Source of the DNA: an uncultured cyanobacterium
GTDB taxonomy: Bacteria > Cyanobacteriota > Cyanobacteriia > Cyanobacteriales > Cyanobacteriaceae
Reading direction: 5' to 3'
NCBI GenBank assembly: GCA_963710605.1
Contig: CAVQBA010000001.1
Location: forward strand, 32,001 to 96,000
DNA length: 64,000 bases
The notes under the pieces are model-generated. The model made no database searches. It saw nothing but the letters and a program-made list of their open reading frames with translations, and was not told the DNA's origin. The position numbers and the translations under genes were made by a program. Within the stretch, counting starts at the first letter, position 1; each line of letters opens with the position of its first letter. This document shows, in pieces, positions 22,983-34,746 of this stretch.

Positions 22983-23817
22983 AATTACTTATAATTACTT
23001 AAAATTACTTAATATATCTTCACTCAATCTTAGAATATTTTGTCGATAATTGCTTGGTTTTAGTCTTATCGATCGTCAAAAATTCTGATTAAGTTATCCC
23101 CTAAGGGGGTATATATAGAATCATAACCCGATCTCTGGGAAAAGTCAACTATAACCTAACAGTAATACTTTGGGGTGAAAACCAAAATTATGTAAACTGT
23201 TGATTCTCAGCGATTAATCCAAAGTTAAAGATATTGTTAAGTATTTCGCCCTTGATTGCTATTACGATCGAATCTTTATGAGTATCAGCTTTATTTTTTC
23301 AGTCCATTTGCAAGTGATACAATCGTCTCTTGACAGCCTTTATCCGATCGTACTAATTATATTTGTGGCGTTTCTCATCTTTACTTTACGAGGCACAGTT
23401 TATGTTTTCAAGTTACTAAAAAGCGGTACGAAGCATCCTTTATCCTCCCATAGAATTGAGAGATAGAGGGGGCGGGGAATTTAAAAGAATTTATATGTGC
23501 TTGATAATATTAATAATAGCTATACCTAAATCACAAATATATTTTCTTGTTTCCTATTCACCTGATTCGTTTAATAAATATTGCGTCTATTGGTTTGTAT
23601 CTAACCATTCTTCGGTAAAATGTAAGTGTGTAAAAGAAGGACAAAAGCCGTTATCTAAGATAAATAACAGATCGTAAATCACTTAAAAATAGACGATCGA
23701 AGACAAGAAAAATAGAAATCAGTAAATCGTTAAATAGAAATAGTATTAATGGCGATCGAACGATGTAAAACTCAAGTGGGCTACAATTATGGTAATAGTT
23801 ATCAGTAGTAAATTAAG

Positions 23818-24078
23818 ATGAGCAAAACGGCAACCGTAAGAGCAAGAATCGAACCTGAGTTAAAGAAAAATGTAGAGAATATTTTTGAGCAATTAGGATT
23901 AAGTACAACTGAAGCTATTAATCTTTTTTACAAACAAGTCGAACTACACCACGGATTACCTTTTGAAGTGAAAGTTCCTAATCAGGAGACGAAAATAACT
24001 TTTGAAAAAACCGATCGAAAAGAAGAATTAGTTGATTGTAAAGATGTAGAAGATATGTTTAATCAGCTAGGAATTTAA
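23818..24078 (+). CDS. dinJ: RelB/DinJ family antitoxin
   Basis: VRARI...LK...F..LGL...AI.LF..QV....GLPFEV..PN.ET. Confidence 0.88.
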   Translation: MSKTATVRARIEPELKKNVENIFEQLGLSTTEAINLFYKQVELHHGLPFEVKVPNQETKITFEKTDRKEELVDCKDVEDMFNQLGI

Positions 24079-24080
24079 CA

Positions 24081-24353
24081 ATGATTCCATCTTATACCAA
24101 ACGTTTTCAAAAAGATCTTAAAATTATGCAAAAAAGAGGCAAAAATATCAACAAACTTAAAAAAGTAATTCAAATACTAGTTAATCAAGAACCTTTAGAT
24201 GCAAAATATAGAGATCATAAATTAGTAGGAAATTATCTTAATCGTCGAGAATGTCATATAGAACCTAATTGGTTATTGATATACAAATTAATTCCTCAAG
24301 ATAATCAAATTATATTTGAAAGAACAGGCACACATTCGGATTTATTTAACTAG
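24081..24353 (+). CDS. yafQ: YafQ family mRNA interferase
   Basis: DHKL.G, RECHIEPNWLLIY, RTGTHSDLF. Confidence 0.92.
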   Translation: MIPSYTKRFQKDLKIMQKRGKNINKLKKVIQILVNQEPLDAKYRDHKLVGNYLNRRECHIEPNWLLIYKLIPQDNQIIFERTGTHSDLFN

Positions 24354-24517
24354 TATCTAATATATTGTCTTCAGTTAACAAATACGGCACTTGTATTATT
24401 CTTGGTCAAAACGACTATAACTGTTAGCGATTGATTATTGATTGTTTATCATCTTGAATATTGTTATTGTTATAAATAATCCAGACTTTCGATCGAATAA
24501 TAGAATAATAATCAATT

Positions 24518-25129
24518 ATGAACAATCAATTAAACACAGAAGAATATAAACGTAAAATGCAACGCCGTAAGCAGGTGCAAGACGAGCGTTTAGCGAAGAT
24601 GAAAGCAGAGAAAGGCTTGATTATTGTCCATACAGGAGATGGTAAAGGAAAAACAACCGCCGCATTAGGAATGGTAATGCGATCGATCGGGCATGGCTAT
24701 AAAGTAGCTATTATTCAATTTATTAAAGGTGCATGGGAACCAGCAGAAAAAGAGATTCTAGCACAATATTCACAACAGTTAGATTTTTATGCGATGGGTG
24801 AAGGTTTTACCTGGGAAACACAAGATAAAGAAAAAGATATTGCCACCGCCGAAAAAGCATGGGCAAAGGCAAAAGAGTTTATCTTAAATCCAGATTATCA
24901 ATTAGTCTTGTTAGATGAAGTAAATATTGCTTTAAAACTTGGCTATCTTAATATTAATGATGTAGTCAGCACTTTAGCCGAAAAACCAGAATCTAATCAT
25001 GTCATTCTCACAGGCAGAGGTGCAAAACCTGAATTGATTGAAGTAGCTGATTTGGTTACCGAAATGAAATTAGTCAAGCATCCATTTAGAGAGCAAGGAG
25101 TCAAAGCCCAAGCAGGGATAGAATTTTAA
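24518..25129 (+). CDS. cobO: Cob(I)alamin adenosyltransferase
   Basis: TGDGKGKTTAA, QFIKG, LDE, TGR, KHPF..G.KAQ.GIEF. Confidence 0.95.
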   Translation: MNNQLNTEEYKRKMQRRKQVQDERLAKMKAEKGLIIVHTGDGKGKTTAALGMVMRSIGHGYKVAIIQFIKGAWEPAEKEILAQYSQQLDFYAMGEGFTWETQDKEKDIATAEKAWAKAKEFILNPDYQLVLLDEVNIALKLGYLNINDVVSTLAEKPESNHVILTGRGAKPELIEVADLVTEMKLVKHPFREQGVKAQAGIEF

Positions 25130-25199
25130 GTAATAGGGAATAGGGAATAGGGAATAGGGAATAGGTAAGGAGTAAAAAGTTAGTTTTTTTTATGGATAA

Positions 25200-25682
<483 letters not shown>

Positions 25683-25743
25683 CTAAATATTCACACGCAA
25701 ACTACTTAAATCAAAAACAGTATTCATTCTCAATTCTCAATTC

Positions 25744-26916
25744 TCAATTCTCAATTACCATCGACATTACTTGCTCTAAAGTCTTGGCTAGATTATCAAG
25801 ACTATAATTTTCTTGGCAACGTTGTCGGGCTAATTTGCCTTTATTAATTGCTTCTTCTTGTTCTTCATTTAAAATTAAATTAATTGTTTCAACGATCGTT
25901 TCAGGTGAATTTGGCGGAACTAAATAACCCGTATCCCCTAAAATAATCGGTATATCGCCAACAGTGGAAGCTACGATCGGTTTTGCCATTGCCATCGCTT
26001 CTACTAGCTCTAAAGGACATCTAGCTATCTGTGTAGGCTCATCAGTCGGGCATACCAAGATAATATCAGCAACCTCGATTAAACCCGCTGTTTCTAAAAA
26101 AGGTCGTGCCGCACTTAAGATTAATAACGATGACCATTTTTGATATAACTGTTGTCGGTATTCGTTGTATTGGGGATTACCACCTAAAAGAAACAACCGA
26201 ATTTGAGGATTATTTAATTTAGCTAGGGCTTCTAATAATTCTTCGATGCCTTGATTAGGTTTAACAGTACCCGTAATCATGACTAATTTAAAATCATCTA
26301 AACCAATTTGTTGACGTATTTGTTGACGATCGAATCTAGCCCGATTATAAACTTCTGTATTGACACAATTAGGTAGATAAGTGCCACCATAACGAAATTC
26401 TAAAAATTTACTACTAACCGTAATACCATTAACACGATCGAGCATATTTTCTAACGCTCTTAAATAAACAGGATGTTGCGGATTCGCTAGTTTACCACGA
26501 GCTGAAAGTACACTACTAAACAAATTACCTTCATACTCAGATTCTTCTTCTCCCCATTTAGCTATCTCCCAATCATCTAAATCGATAATAATTGGTTTTT
26601 GATTCTTCTTTCGCCACGTCTTTAACAAAGCCAAACCAAAACTAGTTAATTGCGGTTTGATGACATATAAAATATCACCTTCAATATCCGCTAAAAATTT
26701 GCTCGCTATTTTAACTAAATTGGGTAACTTAGAACCGCCGATATAAGCGATCGGTATATTATAAGGAGGTTCTGGGTACATTTGTTCACCAAAAATAAAA
26801 CCCAGAATTTTTACTTCATAACCAATTTTTTGTAATCCTTGTGCAATAATATATGCTCTAGTCGTACCCAGCGACGAAACATCAGGAACTAAAATCGAAA
26901 TTTTTTGGGGGGTCAT
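25744..26916 (-). CDS. Glycosyltransferase family 4
   Basis: EAMAMAKPIVAS.VGDIP GT-B motif. Confidence 0.85.
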   Translation of the reverse strand: MTPQKISILVPDVSSLGTTRAYIIAQGLQKIGYEVKILGFIFGEQMYPEPPYNIPIAYIGGSKLPNLVKIASKFLADIEGDILYVIKPQLTSFGLALLKTWRKKNQKPIIIDLDDWEIAKWGEEESEYEGNLFSSVLSARGKLANPQHPVYLRALENMLDRVNGITVSSKFLEFRYGGTYLPNCVNTEVYNRARFDRQQIRQQIGLDDFKLVMITGTVKPNQGIEELLEALAKLNNPQIRLFLLGGNPQYNEYRQQLYQKWSSLLILSAARPFLETAGLIEVADIILVCPTDEPTQIARCPLELVEAMAMAKPIVASTVGDIPIILGDTGYLVPPNSPETIVETINLILNEEQEEAINKGKLARQRCQENYSLDNLAKTLEQVMSMVIEN

Positions 26917-26964
26917 AAAGTAAAATGAATTAGATATGAAGAATTATTACATTATTAATCATCA

Positions 26965-27738
26965 ATGAATATTATCAGAATACCCGTCTTAAGTGACAAC
27001 TATATCTTTTTACTCCATGATACGCAACTAAATACAGTAGCAGTAGTTGATCCAGCCCTTGCTGAACCAGTACTCGAAAAAATTAATGAATTAGATGCAA
27101 AATTAGTAGCCATATTTAATACTCATCATCATAGTGATCATGTAGGAGGAAACAAAGAATTATTAAAACATTTTCCATCAGCAGAAGTATATGGCGGAAA
27201 AAACGATCGAGGTAGAATTCCACAGCAAAAATATTTCCTAGAAGAACAAGATGTGGTAGAGTTTGCCCAAAGGAAAGCGGATGTATATTTTGTCCCCGGA
27301 CATACTAAAGCCCATATCGCTTATTATTTTCCACCGATAAATGAAGGCGAATGGGGTGAACTTTTTTGTGGTGATACCATCTTTGCTGGTGGTTGTGGAC
27401 GTTTATTTGAAGGCACTCCTACTCAAATGGTAGATTCGATCGGTAAATTAAGAAACTTACCTGACACAACTAGAATATGGTGTGCTCATGAATATACATT
27501 AAATAATTTAAAATTTGCATTAACAGTAGATGTTGACAATCAAGAGTTACAAAAACGCTTTAAGCAAGTTACCCTAGACAGGGAAAACAATATTCCGACA
27601 GTACCAACTACTATGGAAATGGAAAAATTAACTAATCCTTTTTTGCGTTGGGATGATTCAAACATCACCTCAGCAATGGCTTTAGAAGAACCAGCAAGAG
27701 TTTTTGGACGTTTGAGAGGCATGAAAGATAATTTTTAG
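26965..27738 (+). CDS. gloB: Hydroxyacylglutathione hydrolase (glyoxalase II)
   Basis: THHHSDHVGG, PGHT, FCGDTIF.GGCGR.FEG, AHEYT, NPFLR. Confidence 0.95.
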   Translation: MNIIRIPVLSDNYIFLLHDTQLNTVAVVDPALAEPVLEKINELDAKLVAIFNTHHHSDHVGGNKELLKHFPSAEVYGGKNDRGRIPQQKYFLEEQDVVEFAQRKADVYFVPGHTKAHIAYYFPPINEGEWGELFCGDTIFAGGCGRLFEGTPTQMVDSIGKLRNLPDTTRIWCAHEYTLNNLKFALTVDVDNQELQKRFKQVTLDRENNIPTVPTTMEMEKLTNPFLRWDDSNITSAMALEEPARVFGRLRGMKDNF

Positions 27739-27811
27739 TTATGATTATGGCTAAAGAATATTTTAATTCCTTCAAAGATATTAAATTATTAACAAAATCT
27801 ATCTGAATTGA

Positions 27812-29320
27812 TTGTGTGAGGACAAAATGACAGAAGGAAAATTACCCAACTCAGGGATTAGTAATAATACCCTAAAACAAAGAAGGAAAGTTGTTAAAGC
27901 TAGACCAAAAAATACCCCTGCCAAATCTAAATTTAGTCGGAAACATTTCTTTCTCGGTTTTGGTTTTAGTGGTATCGCTGTTTTTTCAATTGGTATTGGT
28001 GCTTTATTAGCGTTATCTTTATCAGGTACACCTCTTAAACAAGTACGTTTGACCCCTGAGGAGGAAGCTGTTTTTAATAATGAAGAAACCGTAACTTTCG
28101 ATAATTTAAATATTTCTAAACTTTCTCGCCCTGTTAATATTTTAGTGATGGGAATTAAAGTATTGACAACTGATGTGCCTAACCAGAAACACGAAGATGT
28201 TGGTTATCATGCTTTAGTCAATTCTTTTCAAGGTTTGTCTGATAGTATGCTACTAATTAGGTTTGACCCTGAGCAAGATCATGTTAGCGTTTTATCTATT
28301 CCTCGTGATACCAAAAGTTATGTTGAAGGTAAAGGGATAACTAAAATCAATTCGGCGAATCAAGTGGGTGGCCCTGCTTTAGCGGCTGAGTCGGTAAGTG
28401 GTTTACTTAATGATGTCAAAATCGATCGTTATGTTCGTATTAATGTCCAAGGTATTGAAAAATTGATTGATGCTTTAGGTGGCGTTAATCTCTATGTACC
28501 TCAAGATATGAAATATACTGATCACAGTCAACATTTATATATTGACCTTAAACAAGGGCAACAACGTCTGAATGGAGATAGAGCGTTACAGTTTCTACGT
28601 TTTCGTTACGACGCTTATGGTGATATTGGTCGAGTACAACGTCAACAAACTTTTATGCGTGCTTTAATCGAACAAGCTTTGAATCCGAAAACTATTCTTC
28701 GTTTACCTGATATTTTAGACGTAGTTCGATCGCATTTAGATACTAATTTAAGTACCAATGAATTGATCGCTATATCAGCTTTTGCGGCACAAAAAAGTCG
28801 ATCGGATGTCAAAATGGTGATGTTACCCGGTGATTTTAATCAGCCAGAAGAAGGGCAAGCTAGTTATTGGTTACCTCATACCAGCAAAATAGAACAGATA
28901 ATGACAGAACATTTTGCGGTTGAATCTGATGAATTTGATTATCAAATAGCGACAACTGATAACGAATTTAATCCTCGTCGTCTAAAAATTGCTGTTCAAA
29001 CTAATGAAGAAAATCGAGAAAATGCTCGACAATTAGTTAGTTATTTAAGAACAAATGGTTATCGTGGTGTCTATCTCACTCCTCAAATTTATGCTAAACC
29101 GCTTTCGGAAACTAAAATAATTGCTCAGCAAGGAGATAATTTGTCAGCAGTTAAAATTCGTGCTGATTTAGGTTTAGGTGAAGTATTAGTTCAAAGCACA
29201 GGGGTGATTAATTCTGATATTACCATTCAAGTAGGACAAGATTGGGATGATTCTCCTTTCAATCCTTTTTATCAAGAACAAAATGATGATTTTCAAACTA
29301 TTTCTTATGAAAATGAGTAA
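27812..29320 (+). CDS. LCP (LytR-CpsA-Psr) family protein with C-terminal LytR_C domain
   Basis: SIPRDT, RFR...GDIGRVQRQQ; N-terminal TM helix. Confidence 0.9.
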   Translation: MCEDKMTEGKLPNSGISNNTLKQRRKVVKARPKNTPAKSKFSRKHFFLGFGFSGIAVFSIGIGALLALSLSGTPLKQVRLTPEEEAVFNNEETVTFDNLNISKLSRPVNILVMGIKVLTTDVPNQKHEDVGYHALVNSFQGLSDSMLLIRFDPEQDHVSVLSIPRDTKSYVEGKGITKINSANQVGGPALAAESVSGLLNDVKIDRYVRINVQGIEKLIDALGGVNLYVPQDMKYTDHSQHLYIDLKQGQQRLNGDRALQFLRFRYDAYGDIGRVQRQQTFMRALIEQALNPKTILRLPDILDVVRSHLDTNLSTNELIAISAFAAQKSRSDVKMVMLPGDFNQPEEGQASYWLPHTSKIEQIMTEHFAVESDEFDYQIATTDNEFNPRRLKIAVQTNEENRENARQLVSYLRTNGYRGVYLTPQIYAKPLSETKIIAQQGDNLSAVKIRADLGLGEVLVQSTGVINSDITIQVGQDWDDSPFNPFYQEQNDDFQTISYENE

Positions 29321-29515
29321 TAATTAACAGTTGATAGGGATTAGGAGTTAGGAGTGAAGATTGAGTAATGAGTAAGAAGTAAAGAGTAAGAAGTAATGAG
29401 TAAGAAGTAAAGAGTATTAATTGCTAATCCCCAATCCCTAAAACCTAATCTGTTATCTGTTCACTATTTACTGTTATCAATTATGATAATTATGGTTCAT
29501 TATCTATAATCATCA

Positions 29516-30472
29516 ATGAGTTATCAACAAGAAAAAGAAGTAGCTATCAAAGCTGTTATCAAAGCCGCTAAGTTATGTCAAAGAGTCCGAGAGGATATTC
29601 CTCCTGCGATCGAAAAAAAAGATAAAAGTCCTGTTACTGTCGCCGATTTTGGTTCTCAGGCAATTATCTGTAAAGCTTTAAAAGAAGCATTTCCCTCTGC
29701 TCAGATTGTCGGGGAAGAAGATGCTACTGCTTTACGCAAAGAAGGGCAAGAGGCAACAGTTGAAAAAATTACGGGTTATGTATCTGAAGTAATCGAGACA
29801 GCCACCACAGATAATGTACTTGATTGGATTGATTATGGTAACGGTAAAGTAGCCGATCGTTTTTGGACTTTAGATCCGATCGATGGCACAAAAGGGTTCT
29901 TACGTCAAGATCAATATGCGATCGCTTTAGCATTAATTGAAGATGGCGAAGTTAAATTTGGTATTTTAGGCTGTCCTGCTTTAAGTTTTGATGAAGGTGA
30001 GACAGGATTCATTTTTACTGCCATTAAAGGTGAAGGTAGTTATCGGATGCCCATTACAGGTGGCGAAGAGACTAAATTAGAAGTAGTTAAAAGTGATGAT
30101 GTTAGTCGTTTCCGTTTTGTCGAAAGTGTAGAAGCCGCTCATGGTAATCAAGATCTACAAAATTCGATCGCTAAAGCTGTGGGAATCACCAGCGATTCAG
30201 TTAGAGTTGATTCTCAAGCCAAATATGGTATTGTCTCTTCAGGTGAAGCCGCTTTATATTTAAGATTACCTTCTCCTAAATATCCTGACTATCGAGAGAA
30301 TATTTGGGATCACGCCGCAGGAGCGATCGTAGTCGAAGAAGCAGGCGGTAAAGTAACCGATATGTATGGCAAACCACTAGATTTCGCTACAGCTAGTAAA
30401 ATGCACGATAATCGAGGTGTAATTGTTAGTAGTGGTCCAATTCACGACGCTGTGATAGAAGCACTTAAATAA
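29516..30472 (+). CDS. 3'(2'),5'-bisphosphate nucleotidase (HAL2-like)
   Basis: SPVTVADFGSQA, GEED, DPIDGTKGF, IWDHAAG. Confidence 0.9.
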   Translation: MSYQQEKEVAIKAVIKAAKLCQRVREDIPPAIEKKDKSPVTVADFGSQAIICKALKEAFPSAQIVGEEDATALRKEGQEATVEKITGYVSEVIETATTDNVLDWIDYGNGKVADRFWTLDPIDGTKGFLRQDQYAIALALIEDGEVKFGILGCPALSFDEGETGFIFTAIKGEGSYRMPITGGEETKLEVVKSDDVSRFRFVESVEAAHGNQDLQNSIAKAVGITSDSVRVDSQAKYGIVSSGEAALYLRLPSPKYPDYRENIWDHAAGAIVVEEAGGKVTDMYGKPLDFATASKMHDNRGVIVSSGPIHDAVIEALK

Positions 30473-30874
30473 TTAGTAATTAATCATTAGTAATTAATAA
30501 TTGAAATCTTTTTTTTTAATTACATTGTTAGGTCATGATTATTTGACCTAATTACTCAATTATTCACTGATCTTATATTTGATGATTTTTTGACTGTTTT
30601 AAACGATCGAAATAAAAATTTTGTCGCTGGTAGCTTACTAAAGTTCAAGTTATTATTTATTTAAGTTTCGATAAAGAAGTTGATTATTTTAAATCGGTCA
30701 ATAACAATCTTCTTAGACACAAGTACTAACACTCAGATAAAATAATAAAAAGCAGAGGCTTAAATAGTTTTGTCAATCAACTATTAACCTGTCTTGCTTA
30801 GTCAGCATTCTATATGCGTCTGTCGCATTACTAGCAGGCTTATGAGCGCTATTAACTATTAACTATTAACTAAA

Positions 30875-32212
30875 ATGACTATTGCTCGTACTATTTGCCT
30901 TGGCTTTTTAGCAGTAATTGTTATCGGCACAATCTTGTTAATGACACCTTTGGCAACAGAAACAGGAGAATGGAACAACTTAATTACCGCTTTGTTTACC
31001 TCTACTTCGGCTGTTTGTGTCACTGGATTGATTGTTGTTGATACTGGCTCTTATTATTCTTTTGTCGGTGAATTAATTATTTTATGCTTGATTCAAATTG
31101 GTGGGTTAGGTTACATGACAACCACTACCTTCTTAATTCTGTTGATTGGTAAAAAATTTGATTTCAGTCAAAAAATTGCGATTAGTGAATCATTCGATTG
31201 ACCTTTTATCCTTGGTAGTCGTAATTTACTTATTTCTGTATTTGCCACCACAATTATCTTTGAATTATCGGCTATTTTTTTGTTATTACCCACTTTTTCC
31301 CAAGATTTTGGTTTTAAAAAAGGGTTATGGCTTTCAGTTTTTCATGCTATAAGTGCTTGGAATAATGCAGGATTTAGTCTTTTTGTTGATAGTTTAACGC
31401 CTTATCAAAGCTCTTTAATTTTTAATTTGGTCATCACCGCTTTAATTATTTTTGGTGGTATTGGTTATCAAGTAATTATCGAATGTTATTTATCGCTAAT
31501 TGATTTATTTAATCGTCGTCCACGTTGTAAGTATGATTTTTCTCTTAACTTTAAAGTAGTTATAAGTACTACGGTTGTACTTTTAGGTTTAGGAACGATC
31601 GCTTTTTTGATGACCGAGTATAATAACCCCGAAACTCTTGCTTCTTTATCTTTTCGTGAAAAATTAATTGCGGCTTGGTTTCAATCTGTCACAACTCGTA
31701 CCGCAGGTTTTAATACGATCGATATTGGTCAAATGACCACAGCAGGATTGTTTATCACGATCGGTTTAATGTTTGTTGGTGCAAGCCCTAGTGGTACAGG
31801 AGGCGGGATTAAAACAACAACTCTCAGCATTTTAGCTAATACAACTAAAGCCGTATTAAAAGGACAAGAACAAGTAATAGTTTATAAAAGAGAAGTCGCT
31901 TTTGGGTTGATATTAAAAGCAATTGGTGTTGTTTTTGGTTCGGTAGTTACGGTTATCTCCGTTATTGTGTTACTCACAGTGCTTCATCCTGAATTTGAAT
32001 TTATTGCAATTTTGTTCGAGGTAGTTTCGGCATTCGGTACGACGGGTTTATCTACAGGTATAACTAGTAGTTTGTGTTTGGTGGCAAAATTAGCGATCGT
32101 CGTGGCGATGTATCTTGGCAGAGTAGGAATACTATTATTTATGTCGGCAATAGTTGGGGACCCTCGTCCTAGCCGAATTCAATACCCTGAAGAAAATTTA
32201 TTAGTAGGTTAA
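30875..32212 (+). pseudogene. ktrB: Trk/Ktr K+ uptake membrane subunit KtrB interrupted by an in-frame TGA at 31199-31201
   Basis: ORFs 30875-31201 and 31280-32212 are in the same frame; SAVCVTGL, SAWNNAGF, TRTAGF, SAFGTTGLS pore motifs. Confidence 0.85.
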
Positions 32213-32356
32213 CAACTAACAATTAATGTAAAATTAAAAATTATGATCTAACGAATGATAACTTCTTTTTACTCATTCTTGTATTGTCAAATTTCATACT
32301 TCACATTTTATTTAAACCATTATGTTTTATTTTCAATCAAAGTAGGTGAACTATAT

Positions 32357-33121
32357 ATGTTAGAGAAAAATTCTCTTCCTTCTAAAAAAAATCAACCTCC
32401 AAAACCCAAAAGTCTTTTTAATTTAGATTTAAGTTCAGTCAAATTTCTAAATAGTCTCAAAAAAGAAAGTCGTCAATTCGCCATCATTGGTTTAGGACGA
32501 TTCGGAAGAGCAGTTTCTAGAACTCTTTATAACTTAGGTTACGATGTTTTAGGTGTTGATTTAGATGAAAAGCTAGTTGCCCAAGCCCTAGCCGATCGAA
32601 TTACCACCAATGCTATTCAACTAGATTGTACCGAAGTTAGTGCCTTAAGAGAAGCAGGTATTTTTGAATTAGATACCGTTATTGTAGCGATCGGTAATTA
32701 CTTAGAAGAAAGCATCATTACGACACTTAATCTTAAAGAAGCAGGAGTTAAATATGTAGTTGCCAAAGCATCATCCGAAATTCACGGCAAATTACTCCAA
32801 AAAGTTGGTTCTGATTTAGTGGTTTATCCTGAAGACGAAGCAGGATGCGAACTCGCTCATACTCTCACTAAACCCAATATGCTCGATCGATTTGAATTAG
32901 ATCCAGATCACAGTATCGTCGAAATCTATATTCCACAAGAATTTGACGGGCAAACGCTTTCGCAAATTAAGTTACGTAGCAATTATGGGCTTAACGTTTT
33001 AGCGGTTGGTAATGATGACAAATTTGTGATCAATCCCCCTCCTCAATATATCCTCACTAAAGGTTTATGTATGGTTGTGATTGGTTCTAATGATGATATT
33101 AATCGATTACCATCAACTTAA
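32357..33121 (+). CDS. ktrA: TrkA/KtrA NAD-binding K+ uptake subunit
   Basis: IIGLGRFG Rossmann motif, RCK_C domain; directly downstream of ktrB. Confidence 0.9.
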   Translation: MLEKNSLPSKKNQPPKPKSLFNLDLSSVKFLNSLKKESRQFAIIGLGRFGRAVSRTLYNLGYDVLGVDLDEKLVAQALADRITTNAIQLDCTEVSALREAGIFELDTVIVAIGNYLEESIITTLNLKEAGVKYVVAKASSEIHGKLLQKVGSDLVVYPEDEAGCELAHTLTKPNMLDRFELDPDHSIVEIYIPQEFDGQTLSQIKLRSNYGLNVLAVGNDDKFVINPPPQYILTKGLCMVVIGSNDDINRLPST

Positions 33122-33227
33122 TTGGTGAGAAATAATACCGCCATAGACAATGAAGATATTTAATGATTAATTATTGATGATTTATTAATTATCTTTGCTT
33201 TTTTCTATCTCTTATAAAAACGAACTT

Positions 33228-34637
33228 ATGAATTTCACTCCTAAATTAATTAGAGATAAAATACCAGATTTAATACACACAAATCAGCAAAAATGTCAAG
33301 TTAAAAAACTAGATAATAAAGAATACAAACAGGCTTTAAAAATTAAATTAGTTGAAGAAGCTAAAGAAGTATTAAATGCAGAGGAAGACGAGCTAATCGA
33401 AGAAATAGCCGATGTTTACGAAGTGATTGATACTTTAATACAAACCTATAATTTAGATAAAACAAAAATTGCTCAATTTCAACAACAAAAAGCAGAACAA
33501 AAAGGTAAATTTAACGATCGTATTCAACTAATTTCGGTTTCACCTATTCCCAATAAAAAAATAATTGAAACGACAAAAAAAGTAGATGATCTACTATCTA
33601 AAGCTGAAAGTTTTTTACAAACAGAAGTAGTTAAAAAAGCTAATGAAATCGATCGAGATAGTGAGCAATTAAAACAAACTTTAATTGAAATGAATGAAAT
33701 CGATCGTAATTTTTTTCGTTTGAAATTAACTAAACAATGGGGCGGTTTAGAATTTGACAATTATGACTATTATAGATGGCAAATGACGATCGTTAAATAT
33801 TCAGGTGCATTAGCCTTTTTGCAAACCCAACATCAAAGTGCTGTCTCAATTTTAAGCCATAGTCAGCAACCGATGATCAAAGAAAAATACTTACCCAAAT
33901 TAGTTAATGAAAATACTTTTTTTGGTGTCGGTTTTTCTCATTTAAGAAAACAAGGTAAGCCTTTAGTCACTGCTATTTCTTCTGATAATGGTTATCAAAT
34001 TAATGGTTTTGTACCTTGGATTACAGGCTGTAATATTTTTGATTATTTTATCCTCGGTTGTAGTTTACCAACAGGCGAAGAATTATATGCGGTTTTACCC
34101 TTCAACTCTTTATCTTCTTCATTAAAGTTAAGTAAGCCATTGTCTTTGAGTGCGATGAATAGCACCAATACAGTTTCTGCTACTTTGCAAGATTATTTTT
34201 TAGCCGATGAAGATGTCGTCACAATTAATCCTGCGAATACAATTCATCAAAAAGATATACAAAATGTTTTAAATCACGGTTTTTTTCCCGTCGGTTGTAG
34301 TTATGGTGCGTTAGAAATACTCGCTGAAAATTGTCGTAATTTTGATTTACCCGAAATTGATCATGTTTATCAAAATTTAAAATCGCAAATAGACAACCTC
34401 AAAAATCAAATGTTAACAGCGTTGTCACAAGAAACTAGTTTTGAAGCCAAATTGAATTTAAGAGTAAAAGCGATCGATTTAGCTTTTCGTAGTGCTAAAC
34501 TTGCCGTTGTTAGCTCAAAAGGTAAAGCCAATGAGAATCATAATCGGGCTAATCGTATTTACCGTGAGGCTTTAGTTTATAGTGTTTCAGGACAAACATT
34601 GCCTGTCTTAACCAAAACATTACAACAGATTGTTTGA
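33228..34637 (+). CDS. Fusion of an NTP pyrophosphohydrolase (MazG/PRA-PH-like) domain and an acyl-CoA dehydrogenase-like domain
   Basis: KLIRDKIP...KLVEEAKE...EEIADVYEV, then WGG...SGALAFLQTQHQSA...NG.VPWITG...R.YREA. Confidence 0.75.
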   Translation: MNFTPKLIRDKIPDLIHTNQQKCQVKKLDNKEYKQALKIKLVEEAKEVLNAEEDELIEEIADVYEVIDTLIQTYNLDKTKIAQFQQQKAEQKGKFNDRIQLISVSPIPNKKIIETTKKVDDLLSKAESFLQTEVVKKANEIDRDSEQLKQTLIEMNEIDRNFFRLKLTKQWGGLEFDNYDYYRWQMTIVKYSGALAFLQTQHQSAVSILSHSQQPMIKEKYLPKLVNENTFFGVGFSHLRKQGKPLVTAISSDNGYQINGFVPWITGCNIFDYFILGCSLPTGEELYAVLPFNSLSSSLKLSKPLSLSAMNSTNTVSATLQDYFLADEDVVTINPANTIHQKDIQNVLNHGFFPVGCSYGALEILAENCRNFDLPEIDHVYQNLKSQIDNLKNQMLTALSQETSFEAKLNLRVKAIDLAFRSAKLAVVSSKGKANENHNRANRIYREALVYSVSGQTLPVLTKTLQQIV

Positions 34638-34746
34638 AGTTATATAGCTTTGCTATGAAAGGTAAATTATTTGTTGGTTAGGTTTATTTCGAGCATAATT
34701 AAAATACTGTACACTTAAGAGTATAAATCGTGTACGCTTTGTTAAA

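Noticed and set aside
23278-23677. Two small ORFs (62 and 73 aa)
   Set aside because: No recognisable motifs or RBS; more plausibly non-coding.
31146-31352. 68-aa ORF bridging the two ktrB halves, suggesting a frameshift
   Set aside because: The two halves are already in the same frame; the lesion is a stop codon.
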